Positions 38,396 through 45,191 of a stretch of 49,580 bases of DNA are shown piece after piece. Below the pieces are notes generated by a model. It was not told the DNA's origin. It worked only from the letters and a program-made list of their open reading frames with translations, and searched no databases. The position numbers and the translations under genes are program-made. Every line of letters begins with the position of its first letter. Positions within the stretch are counted from its first letter, which is position 1. The stretch is from positions 1 through 49,580 of IMG/VR virus record IMGVR_UViG_3300010366_000003, one strand, 5' to 3'. The DNA is from a virus. Taxonomy: Duplodnaviria; Caudoviricetes.

Positions 38396-39691
38396 TTGGC
38401 AAGCTCAACGACAACGACAGCATTAGCCGTCGCGAGCGTGACGGCATCAGGCAACGACGGCAATGTGCCAAATAACACTATCGACAATAATTTTAGCACG
38501 CGCTGGTCCTGTTTCGGCAAAGGCTCCTGGATTCGATACGACCTCGGCAGCATTCAGAACATAGCCGAGATAGACATCGCCTGGTACAACGGCGACAAGA
38601 GGCAGAGCAACTACGTCATAGCCTTCTCTAATGACGCAAGCACCTGGCTACAGGCCTCAAGAGGTACAAGCTCCGGCAAGACAACGAGCTTCGAAAAATA
38701 CCCAGTTACCGGCGACGCAAGATACGTCAGGATAACAGTCAACGGGAACACCGTCAACGACTGGGCCAGCATGACCGAGGTCAGGATAATCGGCAGCAGC
38801 AGCCCCCCGACGACAACAGAAGCGCCACCAACAACGACAACAACACCGACAAGCAACCTCACAAAATCCGGGATTAAGCTAATGTATGCACCAAAGACGG
38901 GCGGCTTTTACTGGGAGCTCGATCTGACAAAAGACCCTAACATGGACGCCCACTTCTCCACGCAGGGCGATAAATGCACAGCCAAATCCGATGCTAACGT
39001 GAAATATTACAATATGCCCGGCCACACCGTGACCTATGCATCCGGTGCCCCGTCCGGGGTCACATGTCGTCTCTGTATGTACTTTGACGGCGGCAAAGGC
39101 AGTACGCAAACCCACACATGGAAAGACCAGACGGGCTTCCTATGGAAAGACGGCGATCCCAAGAACTTTATCGTAATCTCGACCGTCAGGCCGCATAATA
39201 GCCTGTCTTCAAGCATCCACCACGAGGCAAGCATAAAGTGTCGCGGCGGTACGCACACAGGCAGCGGGGATCCCCGGGCGAGCACCGTAGAGATGACGCA
39301 CGAATCAGGGACGGCCTCTCCGCGATGGGCCAGGGAGTACAACCACCCAAGATACGACTACAGAGCAGTCGACGCAGTTGGCACTAACGCACGCGCCTGC
39401 AACATGGTCGCCGACAAATGGTTTATGCGGCAGCTAATAAGCAAAGAGCTAGCAGACGGCACCGGCGTGTTATACGAATATTACATTAACGTGAATCCGT
39501 TCAACGCAGACGGCACCGTGAACAACAACACCTGGGAGCTATACTCGCGGACCATTGACAGGGACGGCGTCAACACAGGACAATACACGAAGGCGGCCAA
39601 ATGGAGCGGCTTCGTAACAACCGCTAGGACAGACGGCTACAAGGACATCGACATAGGACCCCACGCACTCATTGAGATCCCGGCGACATGA
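38396..39691 (+). CDS. Discoidin (F5/8 type C, CBM32) plus carbohydrate-binding domain protein
   Basis: ASG.DGNVP.NTIDNNFSTRWS..GKGSWI.YDLG...IAWY.GD.R...ARYVRITVNGN..NDWASMTEV; Thr linker; shared C-terminal domain. Confidence 0.85.
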   Translation: MASSTTTTALAVASVTASGNDGNVPNNTIDNNFSTRWSCFGKGSWIRYDLGSIQNIAEIDIAWYNGDKRQSNYVIAFSNDASTWLQASRGTSSGKTTSFEKYPVTGDARYVRITVNGNTVNDWASMTEVRIIGSSSPPTTTEAPPTTTTTPTSNLTKSGIKLMYAPKTGGFYWELDLTKDPNMDAHFSTQGDKCTAKSDANVKYYNMPGHTVTYASGAPSGVTCRLCMYFDGGKGSTQTHTWKDQTGFLWKDGDPKNFIVISTVRPHNSLSSSIHHEASIKCRGGTHTGSGDPRASTVEMTHESGTASPRWAREYNHPRYDYRAVDAVGTNARACNMVADKWFMRQLISKELADGTGVLYEYYINVNPFNADGTVNNNTWELYSRTIDRDGVNTGQYTKAAKWSGFVTTARTDGYKDIDIGPHALIEIPAT

Positions 39692-39888
39692 TAAAAATAG
39701 AGATATTCGGGAGGCCCCTCGACAACCTGGACGATCTGGAGGCCGAAGTAAACCGGTTCTGTCAGCAAGTAGTAACTAAAGGCTCAGTCTACGGCAAGGT
39801 CTTTAGCATAGACTGCCACCTAAGCGAGACGACGATGTTCGCCATAGTGACCTATGACGACGGACAAAGCGAGCGGTCCGCTACCTAG
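39688..39888 (+). CDS. Small protein (Cse60-like)
   Basis: IKIEIF...LEAEVNRF...AIVTY pattern; ATGA overlap. Confidence 0.6.
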   Translation: MIKIEIFGRPLDNLDDLEAEVNRFCQQVVTKGSVYGKVFSIDCHLSETTMFAIVTYDDGQSERSAT

Positions 39889-39891
39889 GAA

Positions 39892-40020
39892 ATGAATCAG
39901 TACGAATGGATGGTTGAAGACTACGACAAAGCCGACGACGACGGCAGACTCAGAAGGGTCTTCGTGCTCTTGACTCAGGTCAAAGAACAGCTTGATCGCA
40001 TCGAGGAAGGAGCGCCCTAG
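39892..40020 (+). CDS. 42-aa hypothetical microprotein
   Basis: MNQYEWMVEDYDKADDDGRLRRVFVLLTQVKEQLDRIEEGAP*; shares CTAG with the convergent gene. Confidence 0.55.
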   Translation: MNQYEWMVEDYDKADDDGRLRRVFVLLTQVKEQLDRIEEGAP

Positions 40021-41516
40021 ATCTGCCGATCCGAGATCAAAGAAAAGTCGACCGATTTGAAGCCATCGACGCGGCAGAGATCCTTATGGCATTTCCAGGT
40101 CAGAGGTACGTTGCCGTATTCCCTGACCCCGACGTCATGATACGTCGCGGCAAGCTTCCAGTTGTTCGCAATTTTGCCCGCATCATCAAACGGATTATCG
40201 TCAAACCATAGCTCCCAGTCGCCCGACTTCTTATCTGCCGCAATCTTGTGCACGCACTTCACCCCGACCCACTTTCCCTCGACCAGCTTCGGCGGACTTA
40301 TGAGGATCTTGGGCTTGCAATTCACGTACGGAAAGTGCGCATAATTCACGTTGACCTGCACGTCGCTATGGCTCGCAGTAGGGTAAACCATCTCTATTAA
40401 GGAACGCAAGTCGTCCTCGTCCCTGCCCCCTATCTTGCACGCATAAGCCTGATGTGTCCCCAGATCGCCGTGCGTCCGTATGAAGACCGTGAACTCGCCG
40501 GACCCTATGCTGTGATCCGTGTAAAGATAGCCCGGATTATCCTTCCAATAGTATTTCGTCTTATTGGACCACTTGCCCCCGTCAGGATAAACGTCTAGCC
40601 TCGTACTCCGACCGGTCTTCGACCCGCTTGCGTAAGTGACCGGTGAGCCCTCCGTATTGAAATACGTAAGCGACCCCTGCGTGTGCTTTGTAAACGGAAA
40701 CTGTGAGCCGTGTCCGTACGAGATATTAAACTGGCCGTGATCCTGGTAGCCCGACCCCTGCTTGTACGGATCTTCCATATTCAGAAAGAACTCGGTGCCG
40801 CCCTGCACGGTGGGATAAATCATCTTAACGCCATCCTTGCCAATGTCACCGGTTGGCTGCGGCTCTGGGGGCACTGGCTGCGGCGGTTCTGGCGTAGGAG
40901 CAGCAGGAGCGACGGGAGTCAGGATCTTGCCTGTAACCTTGATGTCCGTGATAGAAAACCACTGCCTCGTCTCTGTCGTACTCGTCAGTTTCGCCACGAT
41001 GCTACGGGCCTGCTTCGGTGCGTCCCCAAAATCAGCGACCGAGATAGGCTTACCGTGGTTCGTGTGCTCTGTCGTCGACGGAGAACTAGCCGCTGGCGTA
41101 GCATTTGGCTGATCGCTAAATTCCAAAGTAATGACATTAGTTCGCTCCTTCTCGCCTGGCTGCATGTACCAAACAAACTGAATTAGATGCACCTCTTGAA
41201 CCGCCCCCAGGTCCAGCGAGATCCAGGACCCTATGCCCCTAACGCTAAACCTAGTCGCTGGATTATTATCGTAGGCATTCTCGGGCTTATTCACACCGTC
41301 AACGCCGGACGACTGAGCCGCGATGATAGGGATCTCATCAGTCGGCGGCTTCTCAGGATCTGCCGGAGCCGGCGGCAATGGCGGCAGATCGACGCATTTG
41401 TTAGCGTCACCGCTCCAAACTTGACCAGGCGGACACTCTTGCCTAATCCCTTCGATGATCTCAAGATACGTAACGCGCTTGTCTAAATCCTCAACCGATG
41501 GCGGGTTAGTCGACAT
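40017..41516 (-). CDS. Coiled coil + Cys motif + discoidin + carbohydrate-binding domain protein
   Basis: LDKRVTYLE; CPPGQVW...C; PENAYDNNPATRFS..G.GSWISLDLG; C-terminal domain close to domain 2 of the 950-aa protein. Confidence 0.85.
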   Translation of the reverse strand: MSTNPPSVEDLDKRVTYLEIIEGIRQECPPGQVWSGDANKCVDLPPLPPAPADPEKPPTDEIPIIAAQSSGVDGVNKPENAYDNNPATRFSVRGIGSWISLDLGAVQEVHLIQFVWYMQPGEKERTNVITLEFSDQPNATPAASSPSTTEHTNHGKPISVADFGDAPKQARSIVAKLTSTTETRQWFSITDIKVTGKILTPVAPAAPTPEPPQPVPPEPQPTGDIGKDGVKMIYPTVQGGTEFFLNMEDPYKQGSGYQDHGQFNISYGHGSQFPFTKHTQGSLTYFNTEGSPVTYASGSKTGRSTRLDVYPDGGKWSNKTKYYWKDNPGYLYTDHSIGSGEFTVFIRTHGDLGTHQAYACKIGGRDEDDLRSLIEMVYPTASHSDVQVNVNYAHFPYVNCKPKILISPPKLVEGKWVGVKCVHKIAADKKSGDWELWFDDNPFDDAGKIANNWKLAATYHDVGVREYGNVPLTWKCHKDLCRVDGFKSVDFSLISDRQI

Positions 41517-41564
41517 AAGCCGAAGAGAAACCCGGTGTCTATTATTGTTATAGGCATTTCACGG

Positions 41565-41658
41565 CCTAGCCAAAGCTGCCAAGAATCGCTACGCTTCATA
41601 TGGCAGCCGGGCGCGTTTTTGCAGAACCAAGTTATCGCCCGGCATTGCCACCGCTAGG
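41565..41658 (-). ncRNA. Candidate structured small RNA 1
   Basis: Stems CCTAGC/GCTAGG, GCTGCCA/TGGCAGC and GCCGGGCG/CGCCCGGC; begins ~26 nt from TATA 41684-41691 on the minus strand. Confidence 0.35.
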
Positions 41659-41659
41659 G

Positions 41660-41719
41660 ATATCCAATACTCACGGGATAACAGATATATACCCCGTGTC
41701 CCATATACTCCCTGAGTAT
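41660..41719 (+). promoter_or_regulatory. Archaeal promoter with operator-like palindromes
   Basis: GATATATA at 41684-41691, ~27 nt before ATG 41718; flanked by CACGGG...CCCGTG; ATACTC-CCT-GAGTAT at 41705-41719. Confidence 0.65.
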
Positions 41720-41858
41720 GAAATACAAAAGGCTTAAGGAAAAAGTCATGAACGTGAAGGTTTACGAAAAAGACCACGCGTTTATAGCAAAAAACATAGT
41801 ATATCCAGAGACATTCGCCGATGCATTTGCGCGTCTGATCGCGGAGGTAAGATCCTGA
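41718..41858 (+). CDS. Ribbon-helix-helix-like regulator (46 aa)
   Basis: MKYKRLKEKVMNVKVYEKDHAFIAKNIVYPETFADAFARLIAEVRS*; NVKV strand plus ETF.D...RLI helix as in archaeal RHH proteins. Confidence 0.6.
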   Translation: MKYKRLKEKVMNVKVYEKDHAFIAKNIVYPETFADAFARLIAEVRS

Positions 41859-41860
41859 AG

Positions 41861-42073
41861 TTGGGTTTCCCCGAGCTTGAGTTTACCGACCCAATGGCCC
41901 GAGAAATATACTCCGGGATCACCCTCTGGTACCAGACCGTCGGGAAGTACAGAGGCACCTTTCCAAATAAGGATAACTACCAATGGGGCCAGGCCCAGGA
42001 GTCGTTACGCGAGTGCCTAGAACATATCGAGCTCGCCGCGGGCCACTGGAAGAGGGGGGGGCCAAGAGCATGA
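41861..42073 (+). CDS. Hypothetical protein
   Basis: TTG start just after the RHH stop; ATGA overlap with the next gene. Confidence 0.6.
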   Translation: MGFPELEFTDPMAREIYSGITLWYQTVGKYRGTFPNKDNYQWGQAQESLRECLEHIELAAGHWKRGGPRA

Positions 42074-42261
42074 ACGAGAAAGACTATTACGTCATATCCT
42101 CCGTGGTCAAAGGAATCCAGGCAAGGATTGACGAGATGCCCCTTAGCAGATACAACAGGACCGCGAACAGCATAAAGGAAGAGTTCGACGGCATGATGGA
42201 AGGGCTTCTCGACGTACTCACAGACTTGAGGGCCAAGGACGAGGGGGAGAAGGGAGCATGA
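42070..42261 (+). CDS. Hypothetical protein
   Basis: ATG 42070 (MNEKDYY...) in an ATGA-coupled chain. Confidence 0.6.
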   Translation: MNEKDYYVISSVVKGIQARIDEMPLSRYNRTANSIKEEFDGMMEGLLDVLTDLRAKDEGEKGA

Positions 42262-42527
42262 CGAACTTTATTGGGATAGCCCTCGGCTTTGTTGTCTTCG
42301 TTATCGTGATAGCCGTCGCCGGGAACTATTTCTACCACCCAGGAACCGCGGCTACGACACAGCAGCAGAAGCAGCAAGATCCCTCGCCGCCGGGTAATTG
42401 CCACGCGGAGAGACTCAGGTTATTAGACAAGGCCATGCTAGCAAGCGACCAGGGCAATAACGTACTAGCGGACGAGCTGCAAGTGCAAGCCGACCAAATA
42501 CCATGCCCCGGGACAAATCCGCCATGA
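42258..42527 (+). CDS. Small membrane-anchored protein
   Basis: N-terminal TM segment FIGIALGFVVFVIVIAVAG; two Cys. Confidence 0.7.
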   Translation: MTNFIGIALGFVVFVIVIAVAGNYFYHPGTAATTQQQKQQDPSPPGNCHAERLRLLDKAMLASDQGNNVLADELQVQADQIPCPGTNPP

Positions 42528-42579
42528 CGAGACGACAGCAGAAAGCACTCTTGAGACTCATACGTCGGGGGCTCGAAGA

Positions 42580-42684
42580 ATGACCCAAAGGACGATCCAC
42601 CGCTGCGAGGACTGCGGCCAGGAGTTCCTAACGTTTCGTAAGTACATTACACACAGATGGTACAGAGCGTGCATACGCCCGTGA
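42580..42684 (+). CDS. C2H2-like Zn-finger microprotein (34 aa)
   Basis: MTQRTIHRCEDCGQEFLTFRKYITHRWYRACIRP*; ATGA and GTGA overlaps. Confidence 0.6.
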   Translation: MTQRTIHRCEDCGQEFLTFRKYITHRWYRACIRP

Positions 42685-42872
42685 CGCAAACGCAAACGTT
42701 CACGGACTGGACAAAAATCAAGTGGTATCAATGCTACACCTGCGAGAGCTGGGTCCTCAAGGAAGACGCTGCATGGATCTGGAAGATAAAAGCAAGCAAG
42801 CCAGGGGGCCGTCCTGGCGCTCGTATGTGCAACAAATGTCTGGGGGTAGACGCATGGCTCGGTCTTACGTAG
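42681..42872 (+). CDS. Zn-ribbon microprotein
   Basis: Probable GTG at 42681; CYTC...CNKC. Confidence 0.6.
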   Translation: MTQTQTFTDWTKIKWYQCYTCESWVLKEDAAWIWKIKASKPGGRPGARMCNKCLGVDAWLGLT

Positions 42873-43000
42873 GCAGCTGCAAGAACTGCAAGCGCGTCTT
42901 TACGTCCTGGCGTCGCTTCGAATACTGCTACACCTGCAGGCACGAGAAGCAGCAGCAGCGGCGCGGCAAATTCGGACGCGAACGCAACGCCTGGGACTAA
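42854..43000 (+). CDS. Zn-ribbon microprotein
   Basis: ATG 42854, MARSYVGSCKNCKRVF...YCYTCRH. Confidence 0.6.
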   Translation: MARSYVGSCKNCKRVFTSWRRFEYCYTCRHEKQQQRRGKFGRERNAWD

Positions 43001-43050
43001 GGAGGAGGGAGAGTTAGCCTTAATATCTCCGCGAACGTGACCGCAGCACA

Positions 43051-43716
43051 ATGAGAAATTACGCGATATCATCAATCGCGATCGCAGCAGTCGCAGCGCT
43101 GACAATGATAACACTGCCGACCGTCAACATTCTGAAAGCTCAAGACTTCGCCTCTATCCAGACATTCCAGAATGACGAGCACATCGTAATCACCATTACA
43201 AAAGCAGGGGCAAACGCGACAAAGCCAACTGGCCCGATAGTCGTAATCCCGCCCACCGAGCTAACGAACAAGACCGGCGGCATTAACGAGACAGGAGCCA
43301 ATACGGGCCCCACAGAGAATCAGACCGTAAGCACGCCTAGCGCACCCGGAGCGGGCAACATAACCACCATTGAGCCGGGTGGAAACGTAACGGTCGTGCC
43401 GCTGCCGCCTAACTCGAACGTGACGCAAATTGACAACGGTACAGTAATCGTCGCCCCACCAGACCGTAACATAACCGAGACACCTGGCAACGTAACAGTC
43501 ATAGATCCACCACCGCCCGTAAAGGCACCCGAATGTCCATGCAAGTTAGGAAATGTCACCGGCGGACCACTCCCACCGCCTAACAACGTATCCGGCGGAA
43601 TACCAGCAGCACCTCCAGGCAACGCAACAACACCGTCACCACCGATGACGAGCACGAACGCAACAACGACGAACAGCACCACTAGCAGCAGCAACGCAAC
43701 GAACGCGACAAAATAA
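43051..43716 (+). CDS. Secreted Pro/Thr-rich glycoprotein
   Basis: Signal peptide; 17 N-x-S/T sequons; TATA TTAATAT at ~43020; T-tract after the stop. Confidence 0.8.
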   Translation: MRNYAISSIAIAAVAALTMITLPTVNILKAQDFASIQTFQNDEHIVITITKAGANATKPTGPIVVIPPTELTNKTGGINETGANTGPTENQTVSTPSAPGAGNITTIEPGGNVTVVPLPPNSNVTQIDNGTVIVAPPDRNITETPGNVTVIDPPPPVKAPECPCKLGNVTGGPLPPPNNVSGGIPAAPPGNATTPSPPMTSTNATTTNSTTSSSNATNATK

Positions 43717-43723
43717 CAACCCC

Positions 43724-43733
43724 CCTCTTTTTT
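43724..43733 (+). terminator. Oligo-T terminator
   Basis: cctcttttttt pyrimidine tract after the stop at 43716. Confidence 0.5.
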
Positions 43734-43781
43734 CCAGCTCTTAGTTAGTTAGTTTTTACCCCGGGCGTCGTCCGGAATTAA

Positions 43782-44252
43782 TTGGAGTGGGAAGCCCATC
43801 GTCAAGCCAAGGACCGAATAGTCCAGCTTTTTGTTAGCAACGGATGGGAATCCGAGCAAGAAGTCCCCACGCCAGTCAAGTCGCTAATAGACGGCGTAGT
43901 CCATCCGTACGTCTGCGACGTAATAGGCGTCAAACGAAACGCCAAGACGGGCGAAGCATCAAAGCGCGTCATCGTGGAAATAGACAGCATCCACGTAGGC
44001 AGCAAGACAGGCCACAAATCCTTTTTAGCATATCGTCACGACCTGGCACGCGGTCGCGAGATAGTCAGCCATTTTTACCGCAAGTACGACAACAGACGCA
44101 AAATAACCACGCTAAAACGATTTTACACAGCCGACATCGTGGGCCGATACAAGCAGCCCGACGACGTTATCAAACTAGAACTAGGCATCCTTGAGCTAAA
44201 GGACTGGAATTGGGAGCCAACAGCAGTTGAGCGGATGCAACGGCCTCTGTAA
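43782..44252 (+). CDS. PD-(D/E)xK nuclease (DUF559/Vsr-like)
   Basis: EQEVP...YVCDV...VIVEIDS...GH...HDLAR; TATA TTTTTA at 43753. Confidence 0.65.
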   Translation: MEWEAHRQAKDRIVQLFVSNGWESEQEVPTPVKSLIDGVVHPYVCDVIGVKRNAKTGEASKRVIVEIDSIHVGSKTGHKSFLAYRHDLARGREIVSHFYRKYDNRRKITTLKRFYTADIVGRYKQPDDVIKLELGILELKDWNWEPTAVERMQRPL

Positions 44253-44493
44253 CAGGTTCGAGACGGCAGGCCCCACACGGCTGGCCTATCACAGGGGAGC
44301 CCGCTTCTGCGTCAGCTGCGACCGCTTCATCCCAAGCAAATACTTAATCGCTGCAAGCATAAAGAAAAACGGCTGCCCATGTTGCCATCGACCGACTCGA
44401 GGCAGCCCAAGAAATAACGGCCCTGGCAGAAGACAATCACAAATTGGCAGATACAGCACATACAACAACAACAAGTACAAGGAACCGAGATAG
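44227..44493 (+). CDS. Thaumarchaeal-type Zn-finger protein
   Basis: CNGLCNRF...Y..G.RFCVSCDRFI...CPCC..PTR.SPRN matches a Nitrososphaerota family as I recall it (CKGIC...RY..GQKRC..C..FI...CPCC...LR.KPR). Confidence 0.7.
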   Translation: MSGCNGLCNRFETAGPTRLAYHRGARFCVSCDRFIPSKYLIAASIKKNGCPCCHRPTRGSPRNNGPGRRQSQIGRYSTYNNNKYKEPR

Positions 44494-44740
44494 GCTACAG
44501 GTCTACTACGCTATGCTGCGCTATCTTCACGAGAACGGACCTAGCACGGCCTGGCGCTGCACTTATGCAGCAGCGAGGCGCAACACCCATCTGAACCTCA
44601 TCGGGACCCTAGAACGCCCCGGCTTTATCGAAAAGAAGACCGATCACCCCCAGCACCGCACTTATGGAATTACGGCCAAAGGCACGGCCTACATGCACAC
44701 CTTGGGTAAAATGCTTGAGCTTTTAGGCAACAAAGATTGA
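44444..44740 (+). CDS. Archaeal winged-helix transcription regulator
   Basis: RDRLQVYYAML...T...Y.A...L...GFIEK...YGITAKG..Y pattern (ArnR1/HTH_45-like). Confidence 0.75.
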   Translation: MADTAHTTTTSTRNRDRLQVYYAMLRYLHENGPSTAWRCTYAAARRNTHLNLIGTLERPGFIEKKTDHPQHRTYGITAKGTAYMHTLGKMLELLGNKD

Positions 44741-44839
44741 CTTTAGTCCGGGCTAGAAAGACAGGACGACGACTGTTGAGTACCTAGCCAACAAGGACTA
44801 ACAAGCTTCGTTATATGTGTCGACTCACTGGCTGCCTTC

Positions 44840-45086
44840 CTTCGGCGAGCATAAACTGAACTTCGCATAACCGGCGGGAGGTTGTCGTGGCCCGTTGTTT
44901 TTCCAGACCGTAGAGGACGTATCCGGGCGAGCCACGGTAGGATTAACCCCCCTTCATTTCGTGTGCACGATGGACCGCAGGCGGTAAGCCTGCTAAGTGC
45001 ACTGCCGACGCGAAAAATGACGTCGCCCCTTACGGGATCGAACCGCTTCGCTTGCTCAGACCAAGAGCCGGGGCGACCCCATTTTT
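44840..45086 (+). ncRNA. Candidate ~245-nt structured non-coding RNA
   Basis: TATA TTATAT at 44811-44816 with no start codon at the expected start site; three consecutive multi-stem domains; ends at a T5 tract. Confidence 0.5.
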
Positions 45087-45146
45087 CGGAAAATTTTGCC
45101 CGAAATTCCGGAAAATTTTTCGGCGGTTCCAGTCGAAACGATGGTG
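45081..45146. other. Candidate replication origin: AT-rich repeats plus ORB-like box
   Basis: CGGAAAATTTT twice, TTCCGGAA palindrome, GTTCCAGTCGAAACGATGG at 45126-45144. Confidence 0.4.
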
Positions 45147-45191
45147 AGAATGGCGGAAGCCTTATTAGACCTCGCTCGTTCAGAAAAGCGA

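Noticed and set aside
35495-41516. Shufflon or diversity-generating retroelement acting on the paralogous adhesins
   Set aside because: No invertase or reverse transcriptase, and no near-identical DNA repeats or adenine-specific TR/VR pair seen; similarity is at protein level and each gene has its own start
44954-45020. HDV-like/theta ribozyme (hairpin followed by CTAA and a pairing strand)
   Set aside because: Only about 8 nt lie between the putative P2 and P4, too few for P3, L3 and P1
45022-45077. Genuine tRNA gene or tRNA-derived attP
   Set aside because: No anticodon arm or CCA, and no integrase in the genome; kept only as a tRNA-like module
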